From positions 1 through 61,374 of IMG/VR virus record IMGVR_UViG_3300049893_001396: a stretch of DNA of 61,374 bases; one strand, given 5' to 3'. The position numbers and the translations under genes were made by a program. Positions within the stretch are counted from its first letter, which is position 1; each line of letters opens with the position of its first letter. A model generated the notes under the pieces. The model did no database searches. It had not been told where the DNA came from and was given only the letters and a program-made list of their open reading frames with translations. This DNA comes from a virus (Duplodnaviria > Caudoviricetes). Shown one piece after another: positions 46,884-56,981 of the stretch.

Positions 46884-49309
46884 TGTCCAACGTAAAGACG
46901 ATACATATCAATGAGAACACAGTCCGGGTATCCGTGTCGGTAATACAGGGTAGCGTCGGCGGCGGCGGTACTGGAGACGTCACAGGACCGGTCACATCAA
47001 CTGATAACGCGATCACACGCTGGAACGGTACGAGTGGTGACACTGTTCAGAACTCACTCGTTACGATCGACGATAATGGGTCGATCAATATCCCTTCAAG
47101 TCAAGCGTACAAGATCAATGGCACTGCGCTCGCGGCTTCAGATGTTGGTGCATCAGCTGTGGGACACAATCACTCCGGTACTTACGAGCCCGCGAACGCC
47201 AATATCCAGAACCACATCAGCAGTACATCGAATCCTCATTCAGTCACCGCAGCACAGGTCGGATTGGGAAGCGTCACCAACAATGCGCAAGTCAAGAAGG
47301 TATCTTCAAGCACCGACAACGCGGTTATGCGATGGGACGGGGCAACTGGCGATACTCCGCAGGACTCTTTAGTCACTATTGCCGACACGACAGGTGCAAT
47401 TAGTATCAACGCCCATACGGCTATAACGGATCCGGGTGCAACACCATTGGGTAAATTCCTCCGGGATGACGGAACTTGGCAGACGGTATCAGGTGGCGGA
47501 GGGACTGGCGATGTAGTTGGCCCGGCTTCTAGTACTGACAATGCGATAGCACGCTTTGATTCGACTACTGGGAAGTTGCTTCAGAATTCACTCGTTACGG
47601 TGGATGATAATGGGTCTGTCAACATTCCATCCAGTCAGGCATATAAAATCAATGGTACAGCGCTCGCGGCTTCAGATGTCGGTGCGGAACCGGCGAATGC
47701 CAATATCCAGAACCACATTAGCAGTACATCGAACCCGCATTCGGTAACTTACTCGCAAGTAGGGGCTGAGCCTGCTAATGCCAACATTCAGAACCATATC
47801 AGCAGCACATCGAATCCTCATTCGGTAACTGCTACTCAGGTGGGACTTGGAAATGTTACCGACAACGCTCAAGTAAAGAAGATTTCCTCCAGCACTGACA
47901 ACGCCATAATCAGATGGGATGGGACAACTGGCGATACCCCTCAGAACTCGCTCGCAACCGTTGATGACAGTGGCTCGATCAATGTCCCAGCAGGGCAGGG
48001 ATACCAGATAAACGGTACGGCACTGGCTGCTTCGAACGTGAATGCGCAAGCCTTGCATGGCTTCGTAAATCGTACGGATTCTGTTCTTGGAATGTCTTCA
48101 AATGACCTTCAGGTGACTACGTCTGGTAGTTATGTGTTTTATGTGAACGGCACTAAGTTCACGGTAAGCACCACAAAGGCTGTGACGATAACTGCCGATC
48201 TTGACGAGACTTTCGTATACTTCGACAACACTGGCACCCTTCAGAAGAGTACAACACCGTGGGATATCAAGGATCTCACAGTAATACCCGTAGCACTTGT
48301 GTATAAGGATGGTTCGAATTACCAAGTATATGATGAGCGGCACACCTATATACGATCATTGCCATGGCACAGCTGGGCGCACACTACTATCGGGGCACGG
48401 TACTATGGGACGGGATTGGCGGGCACGTTCACAAACACGACGCTATCAATCACTCAGGGAACTATTGCTGACGAGGATCTGATCCACGACACAGGCGGTA
48501 CCAAGACAACCGCCACACTCTGGTACAGGAGCACCGGTGCAACTGCGATGCGGTTTGAAGCGCTTCAGGCATATCCATATAAACAGGACACAGGAACTAT
48601 CCAATACGACAACGCTGGAACCCTTACCAACGTGTCTACCAGCCAGTATGTGAACTCGTGGGTATACGCGGTACCGGGAAAGTCCTCTACAACAGCAGAA
48701 ATCGCTGTCGTAGTTGGTCAAGCGCAGTATTCAAGTCTCACGGCGGCGCAATCTGGTAGTGCGCCAGCGTTTCCGGGTATGTCAACACTCGAATGGAAGC
48801 TACTCTATCGCGTGACTTATCGAAATGTTGCCGGAACCGCGACGTATGTGGAAGCAGTGGACTACCGCGCTATACAGTCCGGTCCAGCGGTCAGTTTGAA
48901 CGTGACAGATCATGCGTCACTGACTAACCGTGATGCTGTGAACTCACATCCAGTGACAGCGATTTCAGGTATGAATAGCACGCTGTTTTTCGTAATTAAT
49001 GGTGGCGGATCGGTCCCGGCCACTGGTGCATACTGCCTACTGCCGGCACCATACGCATGCACGATAGACAGTTGGTACATTGCAGCGGATGCGTCCGGGT
49101 CTGCGGTGGTTGATATCAAGGTGGGCGGTTCGTCCATTGTTGGCGGATCAGGCAACAAACCTACCCTCTCCAGCGCGCAGACAAACAGCGCCAACGTGTC
49201 CAGCTGGTCAGATACTAGCATTGCTCAGAATGATCTGTTCACGGTAAATCTGGACAGTGTGACGACGTGTAAAATAATCCATGTTCAGTTGAGGGTGACT
49301 AGAGTATGA
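46883..49309 (+). CDS. Long tail fibre with internal repeats
   Basis: Repeated STDNA..R[WF][DN] and EPANANIQNHISSTSNPHSVT blocks. Confidence 0.8.
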   Translation: MSNVKTIHINENTVRVSVSVIQGSVGGGGTGDVTGPVTSTDNAITRWNGTSGDTVQNSLVTIDDNGSINIPSSQAYKINGTALAASDVGASAVGHNHSGTYEPANANIQNHISSTSNPHSVTAAQVGLGSVTNNAQVKKVSSSTDNAVMRWDGATGDTPQDSLVTIADTTGAISINAHTAITDPGATPLGKFLRDDGTWQTVSGGGGTGDVVGPASSTDNAIARFDSTTGKLLQNSLVTVDDNGSVNIPSSQAYKINGTALAASDVGAEPANANIQNHISSTSNPHSVTYSQVGAEPANANIQNHISSTSNPHSVTATQVGLGNVTDNAQVKKISSSTDNAIIRWDGTTGDTPQNSLATVDDSGSINVPAGQGYQINGTALAASNVNAQALHGFVNRTDSVLGMSSNDLQVTTSGSYVFYVNGTKFTVSTTKAVTITADLDETFVYFDNTGTLQKSTTPWDIKDLTVIPVALVYKDGSNYQVYDERHTYIRSLPWHSWAHTTIGARYYGTGLAGTFTNTTLSITQGTIADEDLIHDTGGTKTTATLWYRSTGATAMRFEALQAYPYKQDTGTIQYDNAGTLTNVSTSQYVNSWVYAVPGKSSTTAEIAVVVGQAQYSSLTAAQSGSAPAFPGMSTLEWKLLYRVTYRNVAGTATYVEAVDYRAIQSGPAVSLNVTDHASLTNRDAVNSHPVTAISGMNSTLFFVINGGGSVPATGAYCLLPAPYACTIDSWYIAADASGSAVVDIKVGGSSIVGGSGNKPTLSSAQTNSANVSSWSDTSIAQNDLFTVNLDSVTTCKIIHVQLRVTRV

Positions 49310-49617
49310 CAACATTTACAGAGTGCGGTTTGAACGGTAGGACGTGGGACGTTAACGAAAAATATTCGCACGGCGATTTCACTGACGTTGATTTGTCTGA
49401 GATTGACCCTGCTGAATTTGATAACACCTGCGTAATCAATTCATGTTTTTACCAGTCTCCAAGACAGGGCGTTGTCCAGCCATACAATTCCATACCAGCA
49501 AACATGCAGAATGTTCGATTCATCCAGTGCAACATGGACAACGTATCGATTCCTGCTGGCGCTGACATATCGGATGATGGGTGGAATCGTAACAGCAATC
49601 AAATTATAACGGGGTGA
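49306..49617 (+). CDS. Hypothetical protein
   Basis: Coupled ORF. Confidence 0.55.
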   Translation: MTTFTECGLNGRTWDVNEKYSHGDFTDVDLSEIDPAEFDNTCVINSCFYQSPRQGVVQPYNSIPANMQNVRFIQCNMDNVSIPAGADISDDGWNRNSNQIITG

Positions 49618-49621
49618 ATAG

Positions 49622-50947
49622 ATGGCAATCGGAGCGGGAGCAGTATGGGAATATCGCACAACTGGAAATAACAACTATGGCGGCGGATTTGACTCAACAT
49701 TATCCGGTGCCGGAACTGATTATAGCCAGCAAGATACCGCGTTCGCATCTTACACTAATCTCGCCTGCACAAATGGTACCTCAACAGTAACGTCTTCCGA
49801 TGGGAATTTCACATCAGGATTAGTGGGTAATTGTCTAAACATCAATACGACAGCAAATAATTTTCAGGCAGGATTCTATTTTATCACTGGATACACTGAC
49901 GCAAATACAATAACAGTTGATCGATCACCTGTATCAGGTGGCAACGGAACGAGCGGTGTCGGTAGTATTGGCGGTTCAATACAAACACCTCTTGATGCCC
50001 ATGTAGAGGTGTTTGTTGGTGGAAATAAAATATGGATAAAAGGCGGAAGTTATACGTTGACTCAGATTGTGAGTCCATCATCAACATCCGCAACAAACAC
50101 GACTCCGATTATTGTTGAGGGATACAAAACTACTCGCGGCGATTATCCGAAATTAACAGATCGCCCGTTTATTAACGTCTCCACCTATCAATTTCTGATT
50201 GGTGGTTGGTGGGAGATGCGCCATATTGATATGGAAGGTTCGCCAACCAGCAACGTATCTGGAACGGTATCTTCAAATGGTGCGACGTTTATAAACTGCA
50301 AGGCTGTAAATACTTCGACAGGAACTAATCGGCACGCATTTGCAACGACTGGCGTGTGCCACTTTTATCTTTGTCAGGGAAAATCAGCAAGCTCAAGTGG
50401 TGCGGCATTTAACGCAACGTCCTCTCGATTAATTAACTGTTATGCATATGACAGCTACCAAGGGGTAATCAGCTCATCGGGTACTATCCCAATTCTGATC
50501 GGATGCGTGCTGGACTCGAATACAATCGGATACAAACCCACCACTGGACAAACAAATGCTATGGTCATCGGTTGCGTGTTCTACAATAACACTACGCAAA
50601 TCGACCTGAACACGTCAAAACGTATTCCGATAATCGGAAACATTTTCCACACATCGACCACCGCAATCACAGATAGCACGAACAATGATGTTACGCCCAT
50701 AAAATACAACCTGTTCTACAACAACACGACTAACGGGACAAACGTGACTATCGATTCCACAAACATCACAGGTCAGGACCCGCTATTAACTGATCCGGCG
50801 AATGGAGACTTCACACTAACGGCCGGATCACCGGCTTTACGTGCAATGCCATCACTGAGCTGGATTGGTCTTGTTGGCGACTACAAAATGAACATCGGCA
50901 TCGATCAAGATGATCTTGCAACACAGTGCTATGCCTTCGCTTGTTGA
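49622..50947 (+). CDS. Right-handed beta-helix (pectin-lyase-like) tailspike or depolymerase
   Basis: Repeating xxNCx/xGCV rungs; DPLLTDPANGDFTLTAGSPA terminus. Confidence 0.75.
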   Translation: MAIGAGAVWEYRTTGNNNYGGGFDSTLSGAGTDYSQQDTAFASYTNLACTNGTSTVTSSDGNFTSGLVGNCLNINTTANNFQAGFYFITGYTDANTITVDRSPVSGGNGTSGVGSIGGSIQTPLDAHVEVFVGGNKIWIKGGSYTLTQIVSPSSTSATNTTPIIVEGYKTTRGDYPKLTDRPFINVSTYQFLIGGWWEMRHIDMEGSPTSNVSGTVSSNGATFINCKAVNTSTGTNRHAFATTGVCHFYLCQGKSASSSGAAFNATSSRLINCYAYDSYQGVISSSGTIPILIGCVLDSNTIGYKPTTGQTNAMVIGCVFYNNTTQIDLNTSKRIPIIGNIFHTSTTAITDSTNNDVTPIKYNLFYNNTTNGTNVTIDSTNITGQDPLLTDPANGDFTLTAGSPALRAMPSLSWIGLVGDYKMNIGIDQDDLATQCYAFAC

Positions 50948-51016
50948 TGGCGTCAGGATAGTTTTTACAGGCATCAGGCCATTGTAATACCAGCGATTAG
51001 CGCTATACTGTTCTCA

Positions 51017-51100
51017 GAGCTTCACGGCTCGACGCGCGGCGGTCCGGTTTCCTCGTCACAGAGGATTACCCCACACGGGGTCCCGGGCCGCTTTTCTTTT
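51017..51100 (+). ncRNA. Structured leader (hairpin + three-way junction + U tract) upstream of the Q-rich gene
   Basis: P1 51039-47/51083-91, P2 51050-54/51061-65, P3 51068-72/51077-81; promoter TTGTAA-16-TATACT at 50982-51009. Confidence 0.55.
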
Positions 51101-51113
51101 ATCAGGGGGCAGT

Positions 51114-51368
51114 ATGTTCCAACAACTTGCACAAATTCAGCTTGCAATGTCAGACCCGACACAACGCGCTCAGATAATTAATCAGCTCCCTCAATCATTA
51201 CACTATTTATTCGATAACAACCAACGCTTCCAACAACTCGGACAGGACAAAATAGCCCAGCTTCTTGATGCGCTGAACTGCGTGCAGTCTGGTAGACCAG
51301 TTCCGCAATTGCCTTGGTTGGATGAGCTAAAAGCACAGATACCGCAAAAAGCAGAAGTGGTTGATTAG
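51114..51368 (+). CDS. Small Gln-rich helical protein, first gene of the CCC cassette
   Basis: AGGGGG RBS; strongly Gln-rich. Confidence 0.7.
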   Translation: MFQQLAQIQLAMSDPTQRAQIINQLPQSLHYLFDNNQRFQQLGQDKIAQLLDALNCVQSGRPVPQLPWLDELKAQIPQKAEVVD

Positions 51369-51480
51369 TTTTGATATGCGTTTGATATAGGTTTGCTATA
51401 GTTTAAGCAATTCCAGACCACGGACGGTCTGTTTGCCGGGTGGGGCGCCCTGCCCGAATCAAAGAACATGGAGGTTCTAT

Positions 51481-52302
51481 ATGAGTGGTTTTCAATCAGC
51501 TACACCTGCGGGATATCAAATGGTATCGACTGGATATCCCGGCATGGGTGGATTCGGATTCGGGTCCGGTTTCGGACTTGACGCACTTCTGATCCTGTTA
51601 TTGCTGGGCCCGAATGGATTTGGACGCGGTGGGTACGGCTCACCAGCAGCCAATGCAGTTACGACTGACGTTGTTCTGCAACCGGCATTCCAGTCACTTC
51701 AGCACCAGATCGCGACTCTCGCAGAAAATCAGGCTACCGCTGCGATCACCAATAAAATTGGCGATCAAATGCAGGCTCAGGCTTCACAGGCCGGTTCTAT
51801 CGGCGCGGCTATTGGCGGGCTTCAGGCTTCTATTGAGAATAGCCGCTTCACGGCGCTGGACCAAAATAACAACCTGTATCGCGATATCACGGCCCAGAAT
51901 ACTCAGGCGCTTCTGAACTCTAACCAGCAGACTCAGATCACCAACGGACTGATCACTAATGGGTTCAACCAGAATTATCTGGCCACGCTCACCGGGTTCA
52001 ATGGCGTAGAGAAATCCATTGACGGTTTGTCCCGCGAACAGGCTGAATGTTGCTGCCAAATCAAAGAATCCATCCTGACCAACGCCCAACGTGGTATCGA
52101 TCTTCAGAACCAGATCCAGAAAGAGAATCTGATCAGCCAGCTGAATGACGCCAAGGCACAGATTTCAAATCTGAGCCAGACCAACCAGCTGATCCAAGCC
52201 ATGCAGGCGCAGACTACTACCATCCTGCATCACATGTTTCCTTGGTATGGTAGCTCAAACGGAAACGGCAACGGAAACGGCAACAGCGCAGTCGTCCGTT
52301 AA
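51481..52302 (+). CDS. CCC protein, phage B copy
   Basis: 3 amino-acid changes versus the copy at 84, apart from the extreme C-terminus. Confidence 0.85.
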   Translation: MSGFQSATPAGYQMVSTGYPGMGGFGFGSGFGLDALLILLLLGPNGFGRGGYGSPAANAVTTDVVLQPAFQSLQHQIATLAENQATAAITNKIGDQMQAQASQAGSIGAAIGGLQASIENSRFTALDQNNNLYRDITAQNTQALLNSNQQTQITNGLITNGFNQNYLATLTGFNGVEKSIDGLSREQAECCCQIKESILTNAQRGIDLQNQIQKENLISQLNDAKAQISNLSQTNQLIQAMQAQTTTILHHMFPWYGSSNGNGNGNGNSAVVR

Positions 52303-52401
52303 GTTGAACTGGCTCCAACGATTAGCAAAGCGGGTCTTCCGCATTTGAACCCTACGCGCCCGGTATGTCCCTTCCGGGCGCTCACTTATGAAAGGACTGT
52401 C

Positions 52402-52926
52402 ATGGAAAAGGAATTATTCACACTGATTGAAAAACTGATATCCGACGAACACCGGATGTCTATTGTTGAGGCTGAGCACATGAGCGTATTCCAGTCACGT
52501 GGTCTGCCAGGATTCAAACGTCAGCATCGGTACCTTGCCCGGTGGCGAACTGAGGCGGCTTTAAAGCTCCGGTGTTGGGTCACAGATAAAACAGGCATGC
52601 GGCCATTCGTTTCTGTATCAATCACATCATCGGTGGTGTCAGAATCTGCTCTAGACTGCATCATATCATTAATCGGTGAATACGACACACTTATGAAAAA
52701 TTATGTCGTAGCGGCAAAGATGGCAGGCGATAAAGGCCACGACGACTTACTACAGATACTTGAGTATCAGATTTGTTGGCTGTCAAAGACGATTATGAAA
52801 TACCGGCGCGATTACCAGGAAATTTCAAATGTGAATTCAGATTCCGTTTATATCCAACTCAGAAGCGAATCGCATCATGAGAAGTTTAAAAAAAAGGAAG
52901 CCGATTTCCGCATATGCGCTGAATAA
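52402..52926 (+). CDS. Ferritin-like protein, phage B copy
   Basis: GLPGFKRQHRYL; roughly half of residues shared with 1002-1526. Confidence 0.6.
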   Translation: MEKELFTLIEKLISDEHRMSIVEAEHMSVFQSRGLPGFKRQHRYLARWRTEAALKLRCWVTDKTGMRPFVSVSITSSVVSESALDCIISLIGEYDTLMKNYVVAAKMAGDKGHDDLLQILEYQICWLSKTIMKYRRDYQEISNVNSDSVYIQLRSESHHEKFKKKEADFRICAE

Positions 52927-53050
52927 AAAAAAGGTGCCCGGCCTGGGGAGCCGGGACTTGGGGAGTGATGAAAATAAAAAAAAGGGACTGAGGTTTTTTA
53001 ATAATAGACCCTTTAGGTTGCTTTTGCAATAAAAAAAATGGTATCCTGAA

Positions 53051-53120
53051 TACGTCAGCTGACGGTAAAAAAGAGTACGTTACCGCTTGGGGCTTGGCCG
53101 GTTCAATACCGGCGGCGTGC
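53051..53120 (+). ncRNA. tRNA-like RNA (acceptor + T-arm, no canonical D-arm or CCA)
   Basis: TACGTC/GGCGTG, CGGTAA/TTACCG, GCCGG-TTCAATA-CCGGC; extended -10 TGGTATCCT upstream. Confidence 0.5.
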
Positions 53121-53177
53121 GCGGGGTGGGGTGGCTAAACGCCACCACCCCGATTGAATTCAGATCGGGGTGGATAC

Positions 53178-53519
53178 ATGGCAGGGTTCAATTCAGAACA
53201 GCGCAATAGTCTTCAAAAGGAACTGAAAATCATCACATTAGAGACAGAGAAAATGCTATCCGCAACGGAAACGCGGATAGTGGAAGCGGTAAAGGCTGAG
53301 ATAAAAAATTGTCACGATTCACGGCCCTGCATGGGCACTGAATTTAAAAGGTTAGCCACAAAGGAAGATATTTCCATAACATCATATCCATTTATAGCGA
53401 AGATTGCGGTAATCAGTCTGCTGGTCATGACAATGGCCACCATAGCTGGTGGCCCTGTTGATTTACTTTTAAAGCTGGTCCCAAAGGCATTCGCGGCTAC
53501 GGCGCAATCGTCACGTTAA
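53178..53519 (+). CDS. DUF1640-like TM protein, homolog of 2155-2454
   Basis: CMGTEFKRLATKEDIS vs CKGTDFKCLATKEDLS. Confidence 0.6.
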   Translation: MAGFNSEQRNSLQKELKIITLETEKMLSATETRIVEAVKAEIKNCHDSRPCMGTEFKRLATKEDISITSYPFIAKIAVISLLVMTMATIAGGPVDLLLKLVPKAFAATAQSSR

Positions 53520-53763
53520 CCGTCACTGGAATCTGTTTCAACGGTCCGTAAATACTTGCCAGACTGCGCTGAACGTGTGCGGCCGTCGCTGGTGACACTG
53601 TGAGTGTCTTCCCATCGATCCGCATCGTGACATTTGCGGTAGGGATAAACGCCCCGGATGTGGTCATAACCACGTTACCAGTTGGACCGGATATCACCTG
53701 AATGCCCATGGGGTACGCTGAAACTGATATCAAAAGAATTGCAATTGTGATTAATGTTCGCAT
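53497..53763 (-). CDS. Small exported protein, near-identical to 3297-3563
   Basis: Sequence identity. Confidence 0.75.
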   Translation of the reverse strand: MRTLITIAILLISVSAYPMGIQVISGPTGNVVMTTSGAFIPTANVTMRIDGKTLTVSPATAAHVQRSLASIYGPLKQIPVTVNVTIAP

Positions 53764-53966
53764 TTTAACCCCTCATCTGAATGCCTTATTGAAATAAACT
53801 CTAGCCCTGAAACATATTTTACACTACGGAATTCAGCGAAATTGCATTTCTTGCAACTCCGATATTGGAGTTTATACGCGCTTCCTACAGGGTCACCCCA
53901 CGCACACCATTCGTGATTGCAATCGCTTTTAAATACACGTCTTATCCAATCGATTAATTTTCGCAT
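53751..53966 (-). CDS. Small Cys/His Zn-binding protein
   Basis: CNHEW...CKKC. Confidence 0.6.
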   Translation of the reverse strand: MRKLIDWIRRVFKSDCNHEWCAWGDPVGSAYKLQYRSCKKCNFAEFRSVKYVSGLEFISIRHSDEGLKCEH

Positions 53967-54193
53967 TATTTAATCTCCCATTCATCACACATACCATTTC
54001 CGTAAGTTGGTTTCTCTTCCTTTTCGCACTGGTCCTGTGCTCCAATTAGAGGGTTGTAGAAGCAGCAATTCCCACAGCACTTCATCATTTCAATCTTGGC
54101 CTGTGCTTCTGCGAGTTGTTGCTCAGTTCTATTTATCTCTCTTCGTAATTTTGCTATACAAATTAAATCTTCTGTCATGCCATAATTGCTCAT
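53966..54193 (-). CDS. KCCGNC-domain protein
   Basis: Shares domain with 3551-3907. Confidence 0.6.
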   Translation of the reverse strand: MSNYGMTEDLICIAKLRREINRTEQQLAEAQAKIEMMKCCGNCCFYNPLIGAQDQCEKEEKPTYGNGMCDEWEIK

Positions 54194-54606
54194 TCCCCGT
54201 CCCCCAGTTCAGGAATTTCCATCCAGTATTTAAATTCATCCAAATTGACCTTAATCACATGGCCTTCTTTATCATGTAAAAACCATCCGTCATTTTTGAA
54301 ACTCTTACTTGCAACTGTTTTTCCGCCAAAATGCCCTAAACACAAAACATCTTTTATGTGATCCGGCAACCGCTCCTCGACCGGAATCCACCGGAGTTTA
54401 TCACGGAGTTTTGCTAGTTTCCGTTCGAGTTCAGCAATTTTTTTCGTTGCATATTCTTCGCAATGTGCCATTTCTATTGCTGACTGTAGTGCAGCTTTAT
54501 ACATGTCGTGGATTTTTCCGTTTAATTTAATATTCAAATATTGATCCATAGCTAGATACGCTTCAGAATCTGTCATAATTTCACCGCGTTTTTTTATATC
54601 CATCAC
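54190..54606 (-). CDS. DUF551-like protein
   Basis: LRDKLRWIPVEERLP...YWMEIPELGDGE. Confidence 0.7.
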   Translation of the reverse strand: MMDIKKRGEIMTDSEAYLAMDQYLNIKLNGKIHDMYKAALQSAIEMAHCEEYATKKIAELERKLAKLRDKLRWIPVEERLPDHIKDVLCLGHFGGKTVASKSFKNDGWFLHDKEGHVIKVNLDEFKYWMEIPELGDGE

Positions 54607-54963
54607 ACATCTCCTTATACTCGCATTAAATTCCCAGTTTCCAGATACGCATTTAAATGTCGAATTAAAATAACAATATCATTATGATTAAGATTGAATT
54701 CTGTTCTCTCAAAGCTCTCTTCAATTGTGATATTGATAAGTGATTCTTTTTGTTCAAATACGATCGAATCGTCATATTCATGAAATCGTAATGCCATCAC
54801 GCACATCCTTTCATCTTTTCATTGCTATATTTCAGGTTCACACCTTTCAGGTTTGCGTTCTTTAAATTCAAACACGACAGGTCGAATATGCCGTATTTGT
54901 TACGCTCTACCTCGCATATAATTTCGCCAGTTATTTTATGCGGTATTACCAGTTTATTGCCCA

Positions 54964-55359
54964 TTAACACCACACTCCAATCCTAAATATAGACAGCAAC
55001 CGCCGCCACTTAAAATAACCGTGCACCTCTTTTACGCACGGGCCGACACGGTGAATCCCTCCGCACGCGAAGAATTTGAACCCGTGCTTTCTAGCCTCCT
55101 CCTGATACTTCTTCCCCTGCCTCCCTTCCAGCATCTTCTTTTCAGCCGCCAGCGCACCGGACAGTGACTGATTGGCGTTTTTGACCTCGACCACTGCCCT
55201 GAGACGGCCCTTTATATCGAAAACGCAGATATCAAACCGGTTCCGCTGGCCTTTCGGGTTGCACTCCACACGGGCGTCAAAGCCGCGATCCAGCAGTGCC
55301 TGTTGTAGTTTATGCTGGACATTGGCCTCTGTGTAGCGGATATCCCGTGACTTAATCAT
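54964..55359 (-). CDS. PD-(D/E)XK nuclease, homolog of 5739-6134
   Basis: High identity to the phage A copy. Confidence 0.7.
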   Translation of the reverse strand: MIKSRDIRYTEANVQHKLQQALLDRGFDARVECNPKGQRNRFDICVFDIKGRLRAVVEVKNANQSLSGALAAEKKMLEGRQGKKYQEEARKHGFKFFACGGIHRVGPCVKEVHGYFKWRRLLSIFRIGVWC

Positions 55360-55453
55360 ATGGCAGGGTAGGTTATGATTATCTGTGCCGGCCACAGTAG
55401 CCAGCACAGAACCAATACGACTATAGCGGCAATTATCCGGCCCCAGCGCGGTT

Positions 55454-55993
55454 TCATTTCCGCACCTGCCCACCATAATAGCCGGCATGTTTTATGGAAA
55501 TTGACTTGTTTCCGAAAAACGGATTTCGGATATTATCTAGCCTATCCAGAGTTTTAATGCTCTGAGCGACCTGATTTTTCCAGATATTTGAATCCCGTAA
55601 CTCTCCATTTTTTCCAATCCATCCGTCAACCCAAACTACTCGCCTAAAAACTGAAGTGACTTCTTCTTTTTCTGGTGATAGTGTACAGCTTCCTGGCGCC
55701 ACTTGCTTGTACACTTCTCTTGATATGGTGGCAGTAAACGTGATCTCATAGCTATAAAAATACCCATCAGGATCACTTTTACGGCGTGAAACAATCCTGA
55801 CTGGATCATCAGGGTTGAATCCGCGAATTTGAAGTGTTTCAACGTCATGGTATTGCATTGAAGCAATACCTAGAATAGCCGCGATAAATATGCTGAGCAT
55901 ACCAAGTGCGGGTGGGATAGGGCCAATCAGAAATAACCACCCTACCGGCATCATTGCCGATAAAAAGGTGGATAAGAACAAAATTCCCTGCAT
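55454..55993 (-). CDS. Two-TM membrane protein
   Basis: YSYEITFT and WIGKNGE echo FEYEVTYT and WVGPNGD of 6131-6634. Confidence 0.6.
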   Translation of the reverse strand: MQGILFLSTFLSAMMPVGWLFLIGPIPPALGMLSIFIAAILGIASMQYHDVETLQIRGFNPDDPVRIVSRRKSDPDGYFYSYEITFTATISREVYKQVAPGSCTLSPEKEEVTSVFRRVVWVDGWIGKNGELRDSNIWKNQVAQSIKTLDRLDNIRNPFFGNKSISIKHAGYYGGQVRK

Positions 55994-56102
55994 GGACACC
56001 TCAGAAACACCTTGATCACACCCCTGCCCTACCTCATTTCCCACGTCTATTTTTCTCCTTTCGTGCTCAAATTTTTAGTTTTCCCCGAGTAGGGGAGTGG
56101 TT

Positions 56103-56636
56103 TTATACATCGTTTAAATTATAAAATCCAAATTTTTTAGCTTTTTTGTTATAAGCTTTTGCAGCCTCAACAGGATCATCGAAAACACCTAAGTAGATAG
56201 CTTTCCCATTGTAAGTTATTTGAGCTTTATATCTTATTTTTTTTATTTTATATCTATTGCTATTAAAAATAGAAACACCATAAAACCCAGTTTTATTTCT
56301 ATAATTCATTATTTTATTCCTAGTGTTTTGAGCTTTTGTGCACACCCTCAAATTAACAACTCTATTATCAAATTTATCTCTATTTATATGATCAACTACT
56401 AATCCATTAATATTATGCCCTGATAATATCATTGCTAATCGATGCATTTTTACAGTGTATTCATTGTATTTATAATTACCTATATTGCATGCGCCAACAT
56501 ATCCACCTTGTAAATTCCAACGGTACTTGGAAAATTCATCTAAAAAATCTAAGTCAAATATTGTTGTTAATCCACAATTTATTATCATGTGAACTTCGTT
56601 TTTTATTATTGTATATTCGTTTCTTTTTGTTTCCAT
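56103..56636 (-). CDS. HNH-AP2 homing endonuclease
   Basis: MHRL..VVDHINRDKFDNRVVNLR; TGFYGV...YKAQI..KAIYLGVF...AAKAYN; very AT-rich. Confidence 0.92.
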   Translation of the reverse strand: METKRNEYTIIKNEVHMIINCGLTTIFDLDFLDEFSKYRWNLQGGYVGACNIGNYKYNEYTVKMHRLAMILSGHNINGLVVDHINRDKFDNRVVNLRVCTKAQNTRNKIMNYRNKTGFYGVSIFNSNRYKIKKIRYKAQITYNGKAIYLGVFDDPVEAAKAYNKKAKKFGFYNLNDV

Positions 56637-56921
56637 TATATTCTAACTCCCACCCTTTAATTTTTAATTTTATTCCTTCCTTATATAAATCTGTTCGCAA
56701 CATATTATCTGGACGCTTACCTTTATACCCCATTTCTCTTGCTATATCTGATACAGAAATCAGATGCAGAAGCGTAGTTAATTTTTTTAAGTTTTCGATG
56801 TTTGAAAAATCTAACATTGCCATATGATAATAATATACCACTTGCAAATGAATGTAAATAGGAATATTATTATATTTAAATATGTTATTTGCGTATTTCA
56901 TTTGAAACTAATTTTATTTCT

Positions 56922-56937
56922 AGTTTCACGTGAAACC
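56922..56937. promoter_or_regulatory. parS: parS-type palindrome (14-bp core) with adjacent half sites in the divergent intergenic region
   Basis: AGTTTCACGTGAAACC followed by GTGAAACA twice. Confidence 0.75.
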
Positions 56938-56981
56938 AAAAACGTGTGAAACATAATCTGTGAAACAAGAAAGGGGAATGA

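Noticed and set aside
47170-47860. Repeats in the long fibre gene as a CRISPR-like array
   Set aside because: They are in-frame protein repeats with synonymous variation
44464-50947. Diversity-generating retroelement or invertase shufflon acting on the fibres
   Set aside because: No reverse transcriptase, no adenine-specific TR/VR pair, no invertase; the repeats are direct
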